DNA of 64,000 bases from Smithellaceae bacterium (GTDB lineage: Bacteria; Desulfobacterota; Syntrophia; Syntrophales; Smithellaceae). Positions 29,806 to 39,182 of this stretch are shown here, piece after piece. Within the stretch, counting starts at the first letter, position 1. Each line of letters starts with the position of its first letter. The translations under genes were made by a program, and so were the position numbers. Below the pieces are notes generated by a model, which worked only from the letters and a program-made list of their open reading frames with translations, had not been told where the DNA came from and searched no databases. The stretch covers positions 2,592,001 through 2,656,000 of the forward strand of contig CAXXVL010000002.1 in the NCBI GenBank assembly GCA_963667845.2, given 5' to 3'.

Positions 29806-30868
29806 TACTTTAGGTACAGTGTTTTGCGTGACGACCTGGGGCGAGTCTCACGGGCCTGCTCTGGGCGCGGTGATCGACGGATGCCCGGCGGGTCTGGAAT
29901 TGACCGGGGCGGAGATCCAGCGGGAACTGGACCGCCGCAAGCCTTCCATAGCTACGGCTTCAACGTCGCGCAGTGAAAAAGATCAGGTGGAAATCCTGTC
30001 GGGCGTTTTTGAAGGCAAGACCACGGGCACACCCATTTCGCTCCTGATCCGCAATGCCGATGCCCGACCATCCAGTTACAGCGACTTGAAAGATGTCTTC
30101 CGGCCGGGCCACGGCGATTTTACCTACTTTAAGAAATACGGCATACGCGACTGGCGGGGCGGCGGGCGCGCATCGGGCCGGGAAACAGTCGGCCGCGTTG
30201 CTGCCGGGGCGGTCGCCCGGAAAGTGACTGCCGCGGCTGGAATAGAAGTTGTCGCTTATACCAAAAGTATCGGCGGGATTGAAATCGATCCAACTGTTGT
30301 GGCGTCTTATCAGGATTTAAAAGCCGGATTACAGCAAAATGCCCTGTTTTGCCCCGATCCCGCGGCGGCGGCGGCGATGGAAGCAAGGCTTGCGGCCGTG
30401 CGGAAAGAAGGCGATACGCTGGGCGGCGTTGTGGAAATTATCGTGCACGGGTGCCCGCCCGGCTTGGGTGAACCCGTGTTTGATAAAATGGATGCGGATC
30501 TGGCGAAAGCCCTGATGAGCATCGGGACGGTGAAGGCCGTGGAGATCGGCGATGGCTGCGCCGTGGCCGGGAAAAGAGGCTCCGAGGTTAATGACCCGAT
30601 GGATGCTGTGGGATTTGCCAAGAATTCCGCAGGCGGCGTTCTGGCCGGTATTACGACGGGCCAGGATATCGTTTTGCGGGTCTACTGCAAACCGATTCCA
30701 TCAATTGCGCTGCCTCAAGAGACCCTGGGAATGGATGGCCAAAAACGTTCCATTGAAATACAGGGACGGCACGATATCTGTGTTATTCCGAGAATTGTAC
30801 CGGTATGTGAAGCCATGGTCTGTCTTACGTTGGCGGATCACTTGCTGCGTCATAGGGCTGGCGGCTGA
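29795..30868 (+). CDS. aroC: Chorismate synthase
   Basis: TWGESHG, RPGHGD, GGGRASGRET, GRHD. Confidence 0.96.
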   Translation: MAGNTLGTVFCVTTWGESHGPALGAVIDGCPAGLELTGAEIQRELDRRKPSIATASTSRSEKDQVEILSGVFEGKTTGTPISLLIRNADARPSSYSDLKDVFRPGHGDFTYFKKYGIRDWRGGGRASGRETVGRVAAGAVARKVTAAAGIEVVAYTKSIGGIEIDPTVVASYQDLKAGLQQNALFCPDPAAAAAMEARLAAVRKEGDTLGGVVEIIVHGCPPGLGEPVFDKMDADLAKALMSIGTVKAVEIGDGCAVAGKRGSEVNDPMDAVGFAKNSAGGVLAGITTGQDIVLRVYCKPIPSIALPQETLGMDGQKRSIEIQGRHDICVIPRIVPVCEAMVCLTLADHLLRHRAGG

Positions 30869-31638
30869 TGAAGAAGATTACGGCGGGGATTATCGGCGGA
30901 ACAAACGGCATGGGTCGCTGGCTGGTGGACCTGCTGGCCGAGGATTGTGTCGTTCACGTGACGGGCAGAAAGACGGCGATGACCGCGAACGATGTTGCGG
31001 AAATCTGCGATGTCGTGGTGGTGTCCGTGCCGATTGCCGCAACCGCCGGCGTGATTAAAGACATTGCCCCGCTCTTAAATGAAAATCAGTTGTTAATGGA
31101 TTTGACATCGCTAAAAGAAGAGCCTATGGCGTTGATGCTTGCGCATTCCAGGGCCTCCGTGGTCGGCTGCCACCCATTGTTCGGACCGTCCGTCACAGAG
31201 CCCGCCTTGCACAATATCGTTTTATGCCGGGGGCGGGGTGATGCCTGGTATTTGTGGATCAAGGCGATCTTTGAGAAAACCGGCTATCAGGTCCTGGAGC
31301 GGACGCCCCAGGAGCACGACCGGATGATGTCCGTTGTTCAGGTCTTGAACCACCTCAACACGATCGCGCTGGGCATGGTGATTGCCGAAAGCGGGATCCC
31401 GCTTGCCGAAATCAGTCTTTTTTCGACGCCTATTTTCAATACCAAAATGGCCATCGTTAAAAAAGTCTTCACCGAAAACCCGGAACTTTATGCCGATATC
31501 ATTGCCGGAAATCCCGATGCGGACAAGATGCTGCAAACTTACGAACGGGTCGTCCGGGAAATTCGGGATTTGGTGACTCCGGGCGATGGTGAGAAATTAA
31601 AAGACGCCATCGAGGCCGCCGCAAAAAAATTGTTCTGA
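30868..31638 (+). CDS. tyrA: Prephenate/arogenate dehydrogenase
   Basis: IIGGTNGMG, DLTSLK, HPLFGP, EHDRMM. Confidence 0.9.
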   Translation: MKKITAGIIGGTNGMGRWLVDLLAEDCVVHVTGRKTAMTANDVAEICDVVVVSVPIAATAGVIKDIAPLLNENQLLMDLTSLKEEPMALMLAHSRASVVGCHPLFGPSVTEPALHNIVLCRGRGDAWYLWIKAIFEKTGYQVLERTPQEHDRMMSVVQVLNHLNTIALGMVIAESGIPLAEISLFSTPIFNTKMAIVKKVFTENPELYADIIAGNPDADKMLQTYERVVREIRDLVTPGDGEKLKDAIEAAAKKLF

Positions 31639-31821
31639 CACCGTCTTGATCTATCCCCGGATAAAAAAAGTGCTGGTTTTCACAGGAAGGAAAATGACCC
31701 GGTGCGGGACTTCTCACAGCATCGGGAGTCCGGAGTCAACGGTTTTTTCTTTTTGATTTTTGACGGACATGGTGTATGAAAATTCTTAACGAGTTAACAA
31801 ACCTGAGGAGCAAAAAGGCCT

Positions 31822-32580
31822 ATGGAGAAAAAAACAGATCAGGTTGCCGGCATGATCGCGAAGGCCGGAAAAGTTGTCGTTTTCACGGGCGCCGGCATCA
31901 GCACGGAATCCGGCATTCCTGATTTTCGGGGTCCGGGCGGCCTCTGGACAAAATACGATCCCGACGATTTTACGATCGACAAATTCCTGGGTTCACACGC
32001 TCAACGGAAAAAAATGTGGGAGCGTTTGCGTGAAGGGGGATTCATGGACGAAGCAAAACCCAATGCCGCTCATTTGGCCATCGTGGATCTGGAAAAAATG
32101 GGGAAACTCCTTTCGCTCGTCACGCAGAATGTGGATAATCTGCACCAGAGAGCGGGAAGCAATCCCGATCTGATCCGGGAGCTGCATGGCAATATGCAGA
32201 TGCTGATTTGTCTGAATTGCCACAGACGATACCCCATTTCCCTCATCAAGGAGCGCTGTGCCGATTCCGACCAGGTTCCCACCTGCGAATACTGCCGGGG
32301 AATCCTTAAGCCGGACGTGATCTTCTTCGGCGAGGCGCTACCGCAGCAAACGCTGGCGCAGGCCATGCGCGAAGCAGGCGAATGTGACCTGATGCTGGTG
32401 ATCGGCTCTTCACTGGTCGTGTATCCTGCAGCTTATGTTCCGGTTCAGGCCAAACAGGCGGGGGCGGATGTGGTGATCATCAATAAGGGCCCGACGGAAC
32501 AGGATCACATCGCTGATGTGCGTATCGATGCTTCTGCGGGCGAGACGATGACGAAGATATTGAACAAGTTAAAAGGGTAA
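31822..32580 (+). CDS. cobB: NAD-dependent protein deacylase (sirtuin)
   Basis: GAGISTESGIPDFRG, TQNVDNLH, ELHG, Zn-binding CxxC pairs, GSSL. Confidence 0.95.
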   Translation: MEKKTDQVAGMIAKAGKVVVFTGAGISTESGIPDFRGPGGLWTKYDPDDFTIDKFLGSHAQRKKMWERLREGGFMDEAKPNAAHLAIVDLEKMGKLLSLVTQNVDNLHQRAGSNPDLIRELHGNMQMLICLNCHRRYPISLIKERCADSDQVPTCEYCRGILKPDVIFFGEALPQQTLAQAMREAGECDLMLVIGSSLVVYPAAYVPVQAKQAGADVVIINKGPTEQDHIADVRIDASAGETMTKILNKLKG

Positions 32581-32586
32581 AGGACC

Positions 32587-32695
32587 ACCTTGAACCTTGA
32601 ACCTTGAACCTTGAACCTTGAACCTTGAACCTTGAACCTTGAACCTTGCACCTTGCACCTTGAACCTTGCACCTTGAACCTTGAACCTTGAACCT
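32587..32695. repeat. Heptamer tandem repeat (ACCTTG[A/C]) x15
   Basis: 15 full copies plus a partial copy, read directly from the sequence. Confidence 0.95.
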
Positions 32696-32709
32696 CTTAT
32701 GGTGTCTAC

Positions 32710-33480
32710 ATGTGTCTGATTCTTTTTGCTTACAAAGTCCATCCTGCTTATCCATTGATTCTGGCAGCGAACCGCGATGAATTTTACGACCGGCCTTCAG
32801 CTCCCGCCGACTTCTGGAGCCGGCACCCGCAGGTGCTGGCCGGAATTGATCTGAAAGAAAGAGGCACCTGGCTGGGCGTCACGAAAGAAGGCAAATTTGC
32901 TGCAATCACGAATTATCGTGATCCGGCCTCCTGGAAAAAAGATGCTCCGTCCCGGGGCGGATTGGTCAGCCGCTATCTGACAGGTTCTTCCTCGGCCGAA
33001 AAATATTTAAAGCGAGTGTCCGCTCGAGCTGCCGAGTATAACGGATTCAACTTACTGCTGGGTGACGCCCGGGATATTTTTGTCTACTCCAACCGCGGTA
33101 AGATGCAAAAACTCACGCCGGGAATTTATGGATTAAGCAATCGTTTGCTGGACACCCCCTGGCCGAAAGTCCGGCGGGGCAAAAAGCTCATGAAGGCAGC
33201 TTTGGACAAAAAAGGCGCCGAACTGGAAGAAGCGCTGTTTGCTCTGCTTGCCGATCGCCAGGTTCCGCCGGACGATCAATTGCCGGAAACCGGCGTGAAT
33301 CTGGAATGGGAAAGGATGCTGTCGCCGATATTTATCACCAGTCCCGTCTACGGGACGCGTTCGTCGTCGATTCTCTTGATCGGCCGCAATAAAAGAATAA
33401 AGTTTATGGAAAAAGTTTACAACGGCGAAAAGGAACCCTGGGTGGTGAGCCGGTTTTCTTTCCACGAGGAGTCTCAATAA
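32710..33480 (+). CDS. NRDE/TANGO2 family protein
   Basis: MCL N-terminus, ANRDEF, GTWLG, SRG, YGTRS. Confidence 0.93.
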   Translation: MCLILFAYKVHPAYPLILAANRDEFYDRPSAPADFWSRHPQVLAGIDLKERGTWLGVTKEGKFAAITNYRDPASWKKDAPSRGGLVSRYLTGSSSAEKYLKRVSARAAEYNGFNLLLGDARDIFVYSNRGKMQKLTPGIYGLSNRLLDTPWPKVRRGKKLMKAALDKKGAELEEALFALLADRQVPPDDQLPETGVNLEWERMLSPIFITSPVYGTRSSSILLIGRNKRIKFMEKVYNGEKEPWVVSRFSFHEESQ

Positions 33481-33918
33481 ATGCATCGTGAAAATACTAA
33501 TGCTTATCCCGAAAGACCGCGTGTGGGCGTGGGCGCCGTCGTCATTCGCGACGAAAAAGTTCTGCTGGTGAAACGGGCGGGGGAGCCGAATAAGGGACTC
33601 TGGGCCATCCCGGGCGGAACCCTGAAACTCGGTGAGACGATGCGGGAAGGCGCAGCCCGGGAAATCCTGGAAGAAACCGGCATCACGATCGCGGTAGGCG
33701 AATGCATCTATGTCTTTGATCTGATCGAGCGCGATGGCGAGGGAAAGATTAAATTTCAATTTGTCGTTGTTGATTTTGCCGCGCTCTACGTCAAAGGCGA
33801 TGCGAGAGGCGCGGATGATGCCGAAGAGGCCGGATGGTTCGGGCCTGAGGAATTTTTCGATCTTCCGGTATCGGAAAATACGCTGAAAATTTTGCATTCG
33901 ACGGGGTTTCTCAATTAA
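33481..33918 (+). CDS. Nudix hydrolase (ADP-ribose pyrophosphatase-like)
   Basis: Nudix box GGTLKLGETMREGAAREILEETG. Confidence 0.9.
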   Translation: MHRENTNAYPERPRVGVGAVVIRDEKVLLVKRAGEPNKGLWAIPGGTLKLGETMREGAAREILEETGITIAVGECIYVFDLIERDGEGKIKFQFVVVDFAALYVKGDARGADDAEEAGWFGPEEFFDLPVSENTLKILHSTGFLN

Positions 33919-33942
33919 AGATCTTTCAGTCAGGAGGTCGCT

Positions 33943-34686
33943 ATGAAGGTGGTTTATTCCGAGGAATATAAACAGGTTTATTCTTATGATCCCGCATCCA
34001 ATCCCGGAAGAATTGAATCCATCGCCTTTGCCCTTGCGGGCAAGGTGGATTACTTAGAGCCCCAGCCTGCTTCCGAGGAGGATATTGCGGCCATCCACAC
34101 CCCGAAACATATTGCCGAAGTCAGACGCGAAGGGGTTTATGACATCGCCGCGCTCGCTGCCGGCGGCGCCGTCAAGGCCTCGGAAATAGGGCTTTCCGAA
34201 CCTTGCTTTGCCGTCATCCGGCCGCCCGGGCATCACGCTTCCGCCGATACCGCCTGGGGATTCTGCTATTTCAACAACATGGCTATCGCGCTCACCAGAC
34301 TCAAAAAGCGGGACAAAATTAAGAAAGCGTTTATTCTGGATTTTGACCTCCACGTCGGTGACGGCAATATCAACATCCTCGGCCCCAAAGGGTATGTGAC
34401 GATTCTCAACCCCGGCGGCCAGGATCGCAATGAATATCTGAAAACCGTTCACAATGCCCTCGAAAAAACAGACGCGGATATGATCGCCGTATCGGCGGGC
34501 TTTGACAATCATGAGGAGGATTGGGGCGGTCTGCTCACGACGGAAGATTACACCACCATGGGACAATGGGTTGTCGATACGGCCCGCCGCAACGGGGGCG
34601 GCTCATTCGGACTGCTCGAAGGCGGCTACAATCACGCCGTTCTGGGCAACAATGTCTGGGCGTTTATCAAGGGAATGAGCAGCTAG
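33943..34686 (+). CDS. Histone-deacetylase-family (Zn-dependent) amidohydrolase
   Basis: RPPGHHA, GFCYFNN, DFDLHVGDG, SAGFD, LEGGY. Confidence 0.92.
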   Translation: MKVVYSEEYKQVYSYDPASNPGRIESIAFALAGKVDYLEPQPASEEDIAAIHTPKHIAEVRREGVYDIAALAAGGAVKASEIGLSEPCFAVIRPPGHHASADTAWGFCYFNNMAIALTRLKKRDKIKKAFILDFDLHVGDGNINILGPKGYVTILNPGGQDRNEYLKTVHNALEKTDADMIAVSAGFDNHEEDWGGLLTTEDYTTMGQWVVDTARRNGGGSFGLLEGGYNHAVLGNNVWAFIKGMSS

Positions 34687-36218
34687 AAAGGAAAATCCCG
34701 ATTGGCCGGTTTCGTTTGTTGGATGGTGACCGCCGGCTCGACATATTTCTCCGCCTTTTGATGAACCGGTTTGGCATGAACGACGATGGACCGGGGCGAG
34801 GTCGGGCAGGCGAGCTGGCAGGCGCCGCAGCCGATGCAGTATTGCTTATCAATTTCCGGGTACAGGACGTTCTGCTTTTCGACGAAGCGGATGGCATGCG
34901 TCGGGCAGACTTCTCCGCAGGCGCCGCAATTCTGATGATCAACATAAACCACACAAATATCCTGCAAAAGCTCGGCTTCGCCGATCTGCGTCAGCTTCTT
35001 TTCATCAAGCCCGAGAGGCCCGATCGCCCCGGTGGGGCAGACTTTGCTGCAGAGGTTGCATTCATAGTCGCAAAAACTTTTTTCATAATTCATTTTCGGC
35101 TGCATCAGGCCCGCGATACCGAAGTCGGCAAATGACGGTGTCAGGACCTGCGTTGGACATACACTGACACACAGAGAGCAGGCAGTGCAGGCCCTGGTAT
35201 AACGGGCTGCGCTGATGGAGCCCGGTGGCGTGACGGGCGGATTGGCGCTGGCGGCGGGGACTTGCGGAAACAGACGGATGTCCGCCGTGTAAGCCAGAAG
35301 TCCGGCAGCCGCTGCGATGCCGCCGATGATGAATCGCCGGCGGGCAGGCATCCAGGAATTCCCGGTATCTATTTTCCGGGGCTTCAATTGATAGCGGATG
35401 GCGCCTTTGGAGCAGGCGGGAACGCAATTAAAACAGCCGATGCATCGGCTCATATCCAGCGACGCAGTTTGCAGGTCGATACACCCGGCCTTGCAGACCT
35501 TTTCGCACTGCACGCATCCGGAGCAGGCCTTTTGATCCAACGTGAAATGCATCCAAGAGGCGCGCGATAACAGGCCCAGCAGCGTTCCCACCGGGCAAAC
35601 CGTATTACAATAAAGCCGGCCCCGGGTTACGGCCAGATACAGAATCAGCAGAAAAAAGCCCGCTGTCACGGCCAGAACGGAGAGGGGAACAAAGGCCGTC
35701 TGTTTCGGATACAGGTAAATATCAAACGGTTTTAAGGCCAGGATTGCCAGGTTGTATATCCAGACGATGAGCGGCTGAAGAAAATATGTAAATATTCTTC
35801 CCGCAAAAGAGTAGGGATCAAGCAGGCCGGCCAATGACAGAAAACCGGCCGAGAGGGCCATCACCGTCAAAACCAGAAATGTGTAACGCAGGCCGTTTTG
35901 CGGCCTCGAAAAAGAATGCCCGGGCCGGCGGCTGAACTTTTTGGATTCGGCGATCAGTAAATCCTGAAGCGTACCCAGCGGGCAGAGAAAAGAGCAGTAA
36001 ACCCGGCCGAAGATCAGCGTGATCAGGATAACAAAAATAATTCCGGCGATGAACAGCGCTTCCGGCCTAGTGATGATCCGCACGATCGCCGGCAGCAATT
36101 GGAGGGGCAGAAGAAACCCCGACAAAAAAGTGCTCACGATGTCCGGACCCAAAAACAGCAGGACAAAAGAAACAAAAATGATGATGGAGATGATTTTACG
36201 AAATCGAATCAGAGACAA
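34683..36218 (-). CDS. Membrane-bound polyferredoxin (NapH-like N-terminus, NapF/MauM-like C-terminus)
   Basis: TM helices with GRVYCSFLCPLG and YCNTVCPVG, followed by multiple CxxCxxCxxxCP motifs. Confidence 0.85.
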   Translation of the reverse strand: MSLIRFRKIISIIIFVSFVLLFLGPDIVSTFLSGFLLPLQLLPAIVRIITRPEALFIAGIIFVILITLIFGRVYCSFLCPLGTLQDLLIAESKKFSRRPGHSFSRPQNGLRYTFLVLTVMALSAGFLSLAGLLDPYSFAGRIFTYFLQPLIVWIYNLAILALKPFDIYLYPKQTAFVPLSVLAVTAGFFLLILYLAVTRGRLYCNTVCPVGTLLGLLSRASWMHFTLDQKACSGCVQCEKVCKAGCIDLQTASLDMSRCIGCFNCVPACSKGAIRYQLKPRKIDTGNSWMPARRRFIIGGIAAAAGLLAYTADIRLFPQVPAASANPPVTPPGSISAARYTRACTACSLCVSVCPTQVLTPSFADFGIAGLMQPKMNYEKSFCDYECNLCSKVCPTGAIGPLGLDEKKLTQIGEAELLQDICVVYVDHQNCGACGEVCPTHAIRFVEKQNVLYPEIDKQYCIGCGACQLACPTSPRSIVVHAKPVHQKAEKYVEPAVTIQQTKPANRDFPF

Positions 36219-36230
36219 GAAGCCGGTCCT

Positions 36231-37184
36231 CTACATCGCATAGGTGACAATTTTCAGCTCTTTTAAATTCATATTGCCGGTTTTTTGCGCGTGGGCGATC
36301 CTGATGTAGCCGATATCGTCCGGCTCTTTGCCGAAAATTTTGGCGGCAGCCGCGTCCACTGCGACAATGTCCCTGGACAAAAGCAGGGTCTTCTTCAACT
36401 GCACATCAGCTGCGGCCGGGTTTGCAGGTCCCGCCGGGCCGTGACTCATCAAGACCCGGTAGGCATCGACCACATTGAGATCGGGTTTGCGGTAAAGGCA
36501 AAAATCCGCGATGCACTGATCGAGACCGCTTAAGTGATACTCGAGGCGGTTTTTGACGACGCCCATGAGATTCTTCATGGCGATGGAAAGGTATGCGGAG
36601 CTGTGGTGCTTAAGGACCGGTACGTTGATGAAGACGTCGGAATCCAGAATGAGACTGTGCACGTCCGCCGTTTTGAGCGTTTTCCCGCCTCGGATCGTCA
36701 CCTCGCGGTAACTGAAATCATCCGTGGGCACCACGATGCCGCGGACCGATTTAGCCGCGTCTTCGATGCCGCTCAGTTTATAGCAATTGCGGGCGTTGCC
36801 AGAGGTGGGGGACACAACATTGTCGAAAACATAAACGCGTTTGGCGCCCGCGGCATAGCAGGACTCGATGATGGTCTTAACCAGCAGCGGGTTGGTGGTC
36901 GCGCCGACTTCCGGAACGCGCGGAAAACCGATATTCGGCTTGACAACCACCGTCTGTCCTTTCCTGACAAACTGGCTCATGCCCCCTGCGAGTTCGATGG
37001 CTTTTTTGAACATCGCATCCGGCTCGCCATTCTTGACGGCAACCAGATCAGGGATGCCCGAGGGCTTTTCCCTGGCAATCAGAAACCCGGGTCTTCCGAG
37101 AATAACCGCGCCGCCCGCGATCAGGCCGAGCGATAAGCCTTTTTGAATCACTTCCCGCCTGTTAAATTTTGCCGTGTCTTTCAC
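36231..37184 (-). CDS. DUF362 domain protein with Tat-like signal
   Basis: NRREVIQKG twin-arginine-like N-terminus, VVKPNI, INVPVLKHH, AMKNLMG. Confidence 0.85.
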   Translation of the reverse strand: MKDTAKFNRREVIQKGLSLGLIAGGAVILGRPGFLIAREKPSGIPDLVAVKNGEPDAMFKKAIELAGGMSQFVRKGQTVVVKPNIGFPRVPEVGATTNPLLVKTIIESCYAAGAKRVYVFDNVVSPTSGNARNCYKLSGIEDAAKSVRGIVVPTDDFSYREVTIRGGKTLKTADVHSLILDSDVFINVPVLKHHSSAYLSIAMKNLMGVVKNRLEYHLSGLDQCIADFCLYRKPDLNVVDAYRVLMSHGPAGPANPAAADVQLKKTLLLSRDIVAVDAAAAKIFGKEPDDIGYIRIAHAQKTGNMNLKELKIVTYAM

Positions 37185-37357
37185 GTTTTCCTCCGCCCGG
37201 GCCGGTTCAACGACAAATCATTATGTCGAACTGAGGTAAAGTATAAGAAGAAATCAAGATGGTGTCAATGAAAAGCAAAAAGCACCCCGGCGGATAGTTC
37301 TTGTGCGGCGGGCGAGGGTAGTGGTATAAAAAGTGACAAATCGCTGTTTGGAATTGT

Positions 37358-37465
37358 ATGGTCAATCAACCACCTCGCGGCAAGCTGTCGAGGCATGAAA
37401 GGAACGTCATTATTTCGCAGCAAGCAACACGGAATTAACGCTCGTCCCGCGTAAGCGGGATCAAA
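37358..37465 (+). repeat. Dispersed about 105-bp palindromic repeat, copy 1
   Basis: Closely matches the reverse complement of 44187-44296; GCAGCAAGC-centred hairpins. Confidence 0.85.
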
Positions 37466-37479
37466 GACGGGGAGCCACC

Positions 37480-38589
37480 ATGACTACGGTCATCATTCGC
37501 CGGGCCGACTATCAATATGAACAGATCAAGCCGCTGGTCTTCGATATGATCGAAAAACTGGCCGGCAAAAAGATCACGGCCGGCTCCCGTGTGCTTGTGA
37601 AACCCAATATGCTTTCCGCGGCCCGGATTGAGGATGCCGTGTTGACCCATCCGCTGATCATCCGGGCCGCTGTGGAGTATGTTCTGCAGAAGGGCGCACG
37701 GCCCCGGGTTTCCGATTCTCCGGCTATCGGCTCTTTTGAAAAGATTTTGAAAGGCAACGGCACGACGGAGGCGCTCACCGGTCTCGATGTAAAATGCGCG
37801 CCGTTCAAAGATGTCCTCGACGTGGATATCGGGAAACCCTATGGCCGGATCGAGATAGCGCGCGAGGCCCTGGACGCTGATGTCATCATCAATCTGCCGA
37901 AACTTAAAACGCACAGTCAGATGCTGCTTACCCTGGCAGTAAAAAATATGTTCGGCTGCATTGTCGGATTCAAAAAATCCCAGTGGCATATGCGCGCCGG
38001 TGTCGATACAACGGCTTTTGCGCGGCTGCTGGTCGCGATTCATCAGGCCGTCAAACCCGCAGTATCCATTCTGGACGGAATCCTCGCGCTGGAAGGCGAC
38101 GGACCGGGCAAAGGCGGCACTCCGCGGCGCCTAGGCGTCCTGGTCGGCTCCGACGATGCTTTCGCCCTGGATATGGTCGTCTGCGAAATGGTCCGCGTGT
38201 ACTATGAAAATGTGCCGACGCTGAAAGTCGCATACACTCTGGGGCTGATTCCTTCATTTGATGTCGACGGAGAAATACGCCCGGTCAGCAAATTTCGCTT
38301 GCCGGGCGGCGGGCCCCTGGTTTTCGGCCCTGCCGTCTTCCAGAACTTCCTGCGCCGCCATACGGTGGCCCTGCCGGTCTGCGACCCGTCTTCGTGTGAT
38401 CTGTGCGGCAAATGCCGGAAGATCTGCCCCGCGGCCGCGATTTACGAGTCAACCGGCAAGATCGCATTCAATTATGAGAAATGTATCCGCTGCTATTGCT
38501 GTATTGAGGTGTGTCCGGGCGGGGCATTGCGCGCCAAAGAAAGCCTGGGGGGCAAGATCACGCGAAAGCTCATGGACACCTTTTCGTAA
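37480..38589 (+). CDS. DUF362 domain protein with C-terminal 2x[4Fe-4S]
   Basis: VLVKPN, INLPKLKTH, EGDGP, CDLCGKC / CIRCYCCIEVCP. Confidence 0.88.
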   Translation: MTTVIIRRADYQYEQIKPLVFDMIEKLAGKKITAGSRVLVKPNMLSAARIEDAVLTHPLIIRAAVEYVLQKGARPRVSDSPAIGSFEKILKGNGTTEALTGLDVKCAPFKDVLDVDIGKPYGRIEIAREALDADVIINLPKLKTHSQMLLTLAVKNMFGCIVGFKKSQWHMRAGVDTTAFARLLVAIHQAVKPAVSILDGILALEGDGPGKGGTPRRLGVLVGSDDAFALDMVVCEMVRVYYENVPTLKVAYTLGLIPSFDVDGEIRPVSKFRLPGGGPLVFGPAVFQNFLRRHTVALPVCDPSSCDLCGKCRKICPAAAIYESTGKIAFNYEKCIRCYCCIEVCPGGALRAKESLGGKITRKLMDTFS

Positions 38590-38700
38590 AATATCCTGCC
38601 GGTTGAATTGAGACACCGGGTTGTGGTATAGAATAACCATCATTTACTTTTTGCATTGCCTGTTGATTCCCTAATTATAAAAGAAGGAGGTCTATACGCG

Positions 38701-39063
38701 ATGTCGGAAGAAACCCACCACAAAAAAGAGCACGACGAAAAACATCTGGACAAACTGACTGTAAAGGAATTGCGGGATATCGCCGCGGAGTTTCCGCATG
38801 AACGGGCCATCCACGACATGAAGAAGGAGGAGCTTATCGTCTTCATCAAGGAAGCCAAGGGCATCAAGGATGATGCGCCCGCACACAAGCACAAACACAA
38901 AGGTAAAATCAAGCTGACCAGGCCCCAACTCAAGGCAAAAATCAGGGAGCTGAAAATCCTGCGCGGACAGGCGCTCGAAGAAAGCGAAACCCAAAAAGCG
39001 GTTTCGCTGCGCCATCAGATAAGCCGTCTGAAGAAGATATCGCGACGTGCTGCGGAAGCTTGA
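38701..39063 (+). CDS. Small basic hypothetical protein (Rho N-terminal-like helical motif)
   Basis: AGGAGG RBS; LDKLTVKELRDIA..MKKEELI resembles Rho_N. Confidence 0.7.
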   Translation: MSEETHHKKEHDEKHLDKLTVKELRDIAAEFPHERAIHDMKKEELIVFIKEAKGIKDDAPAHKHKHKGKIKLTRPQLKAKIRELKILRGQALEESETQKAVSLRHQISRLKKISRRAAEA

Positions 39064-39073
39064 AAAGAAAGGA

Positions 39074-39112
39074 TCAAGGTTCAAGGTACAAGGTGCAAGG
39101 TACAAGGTCTGA
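39074..39112. repeat. Degenerate heptamer repeat, same family as 32587 in the opposite orientation
   Basis: TCAAGGT TCAAGGT ACAAGGT GCAAGGT ACAAGGT; further copies in the forward orientation at about 39161-39181. Confidence 0.75.
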
Positions 39113-39116
39113 GGTG

Positions 39117-39155
39117 AAAAAAAAGAGGCGTGCCGTCGCAGCGCCTCTTTTTTTA
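39117..39155. terminator. Bidirectional intrinsic terminator
   Basis: A-tract-GAGGCG...CGCCTC-T-tract between convergent genes. Confidence 0.85.
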
Positions 39156-39182
39156 ATTTTAACTTGAACCTTGCATCTTGAT

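Noticed and set aside
32480..32755. ORF with (RFKVQGS)n repeats, and a possible CRISPR array
   Set aside because: It is only the translation of the heptamer tandem repeat; there are no spacers and no cas genes
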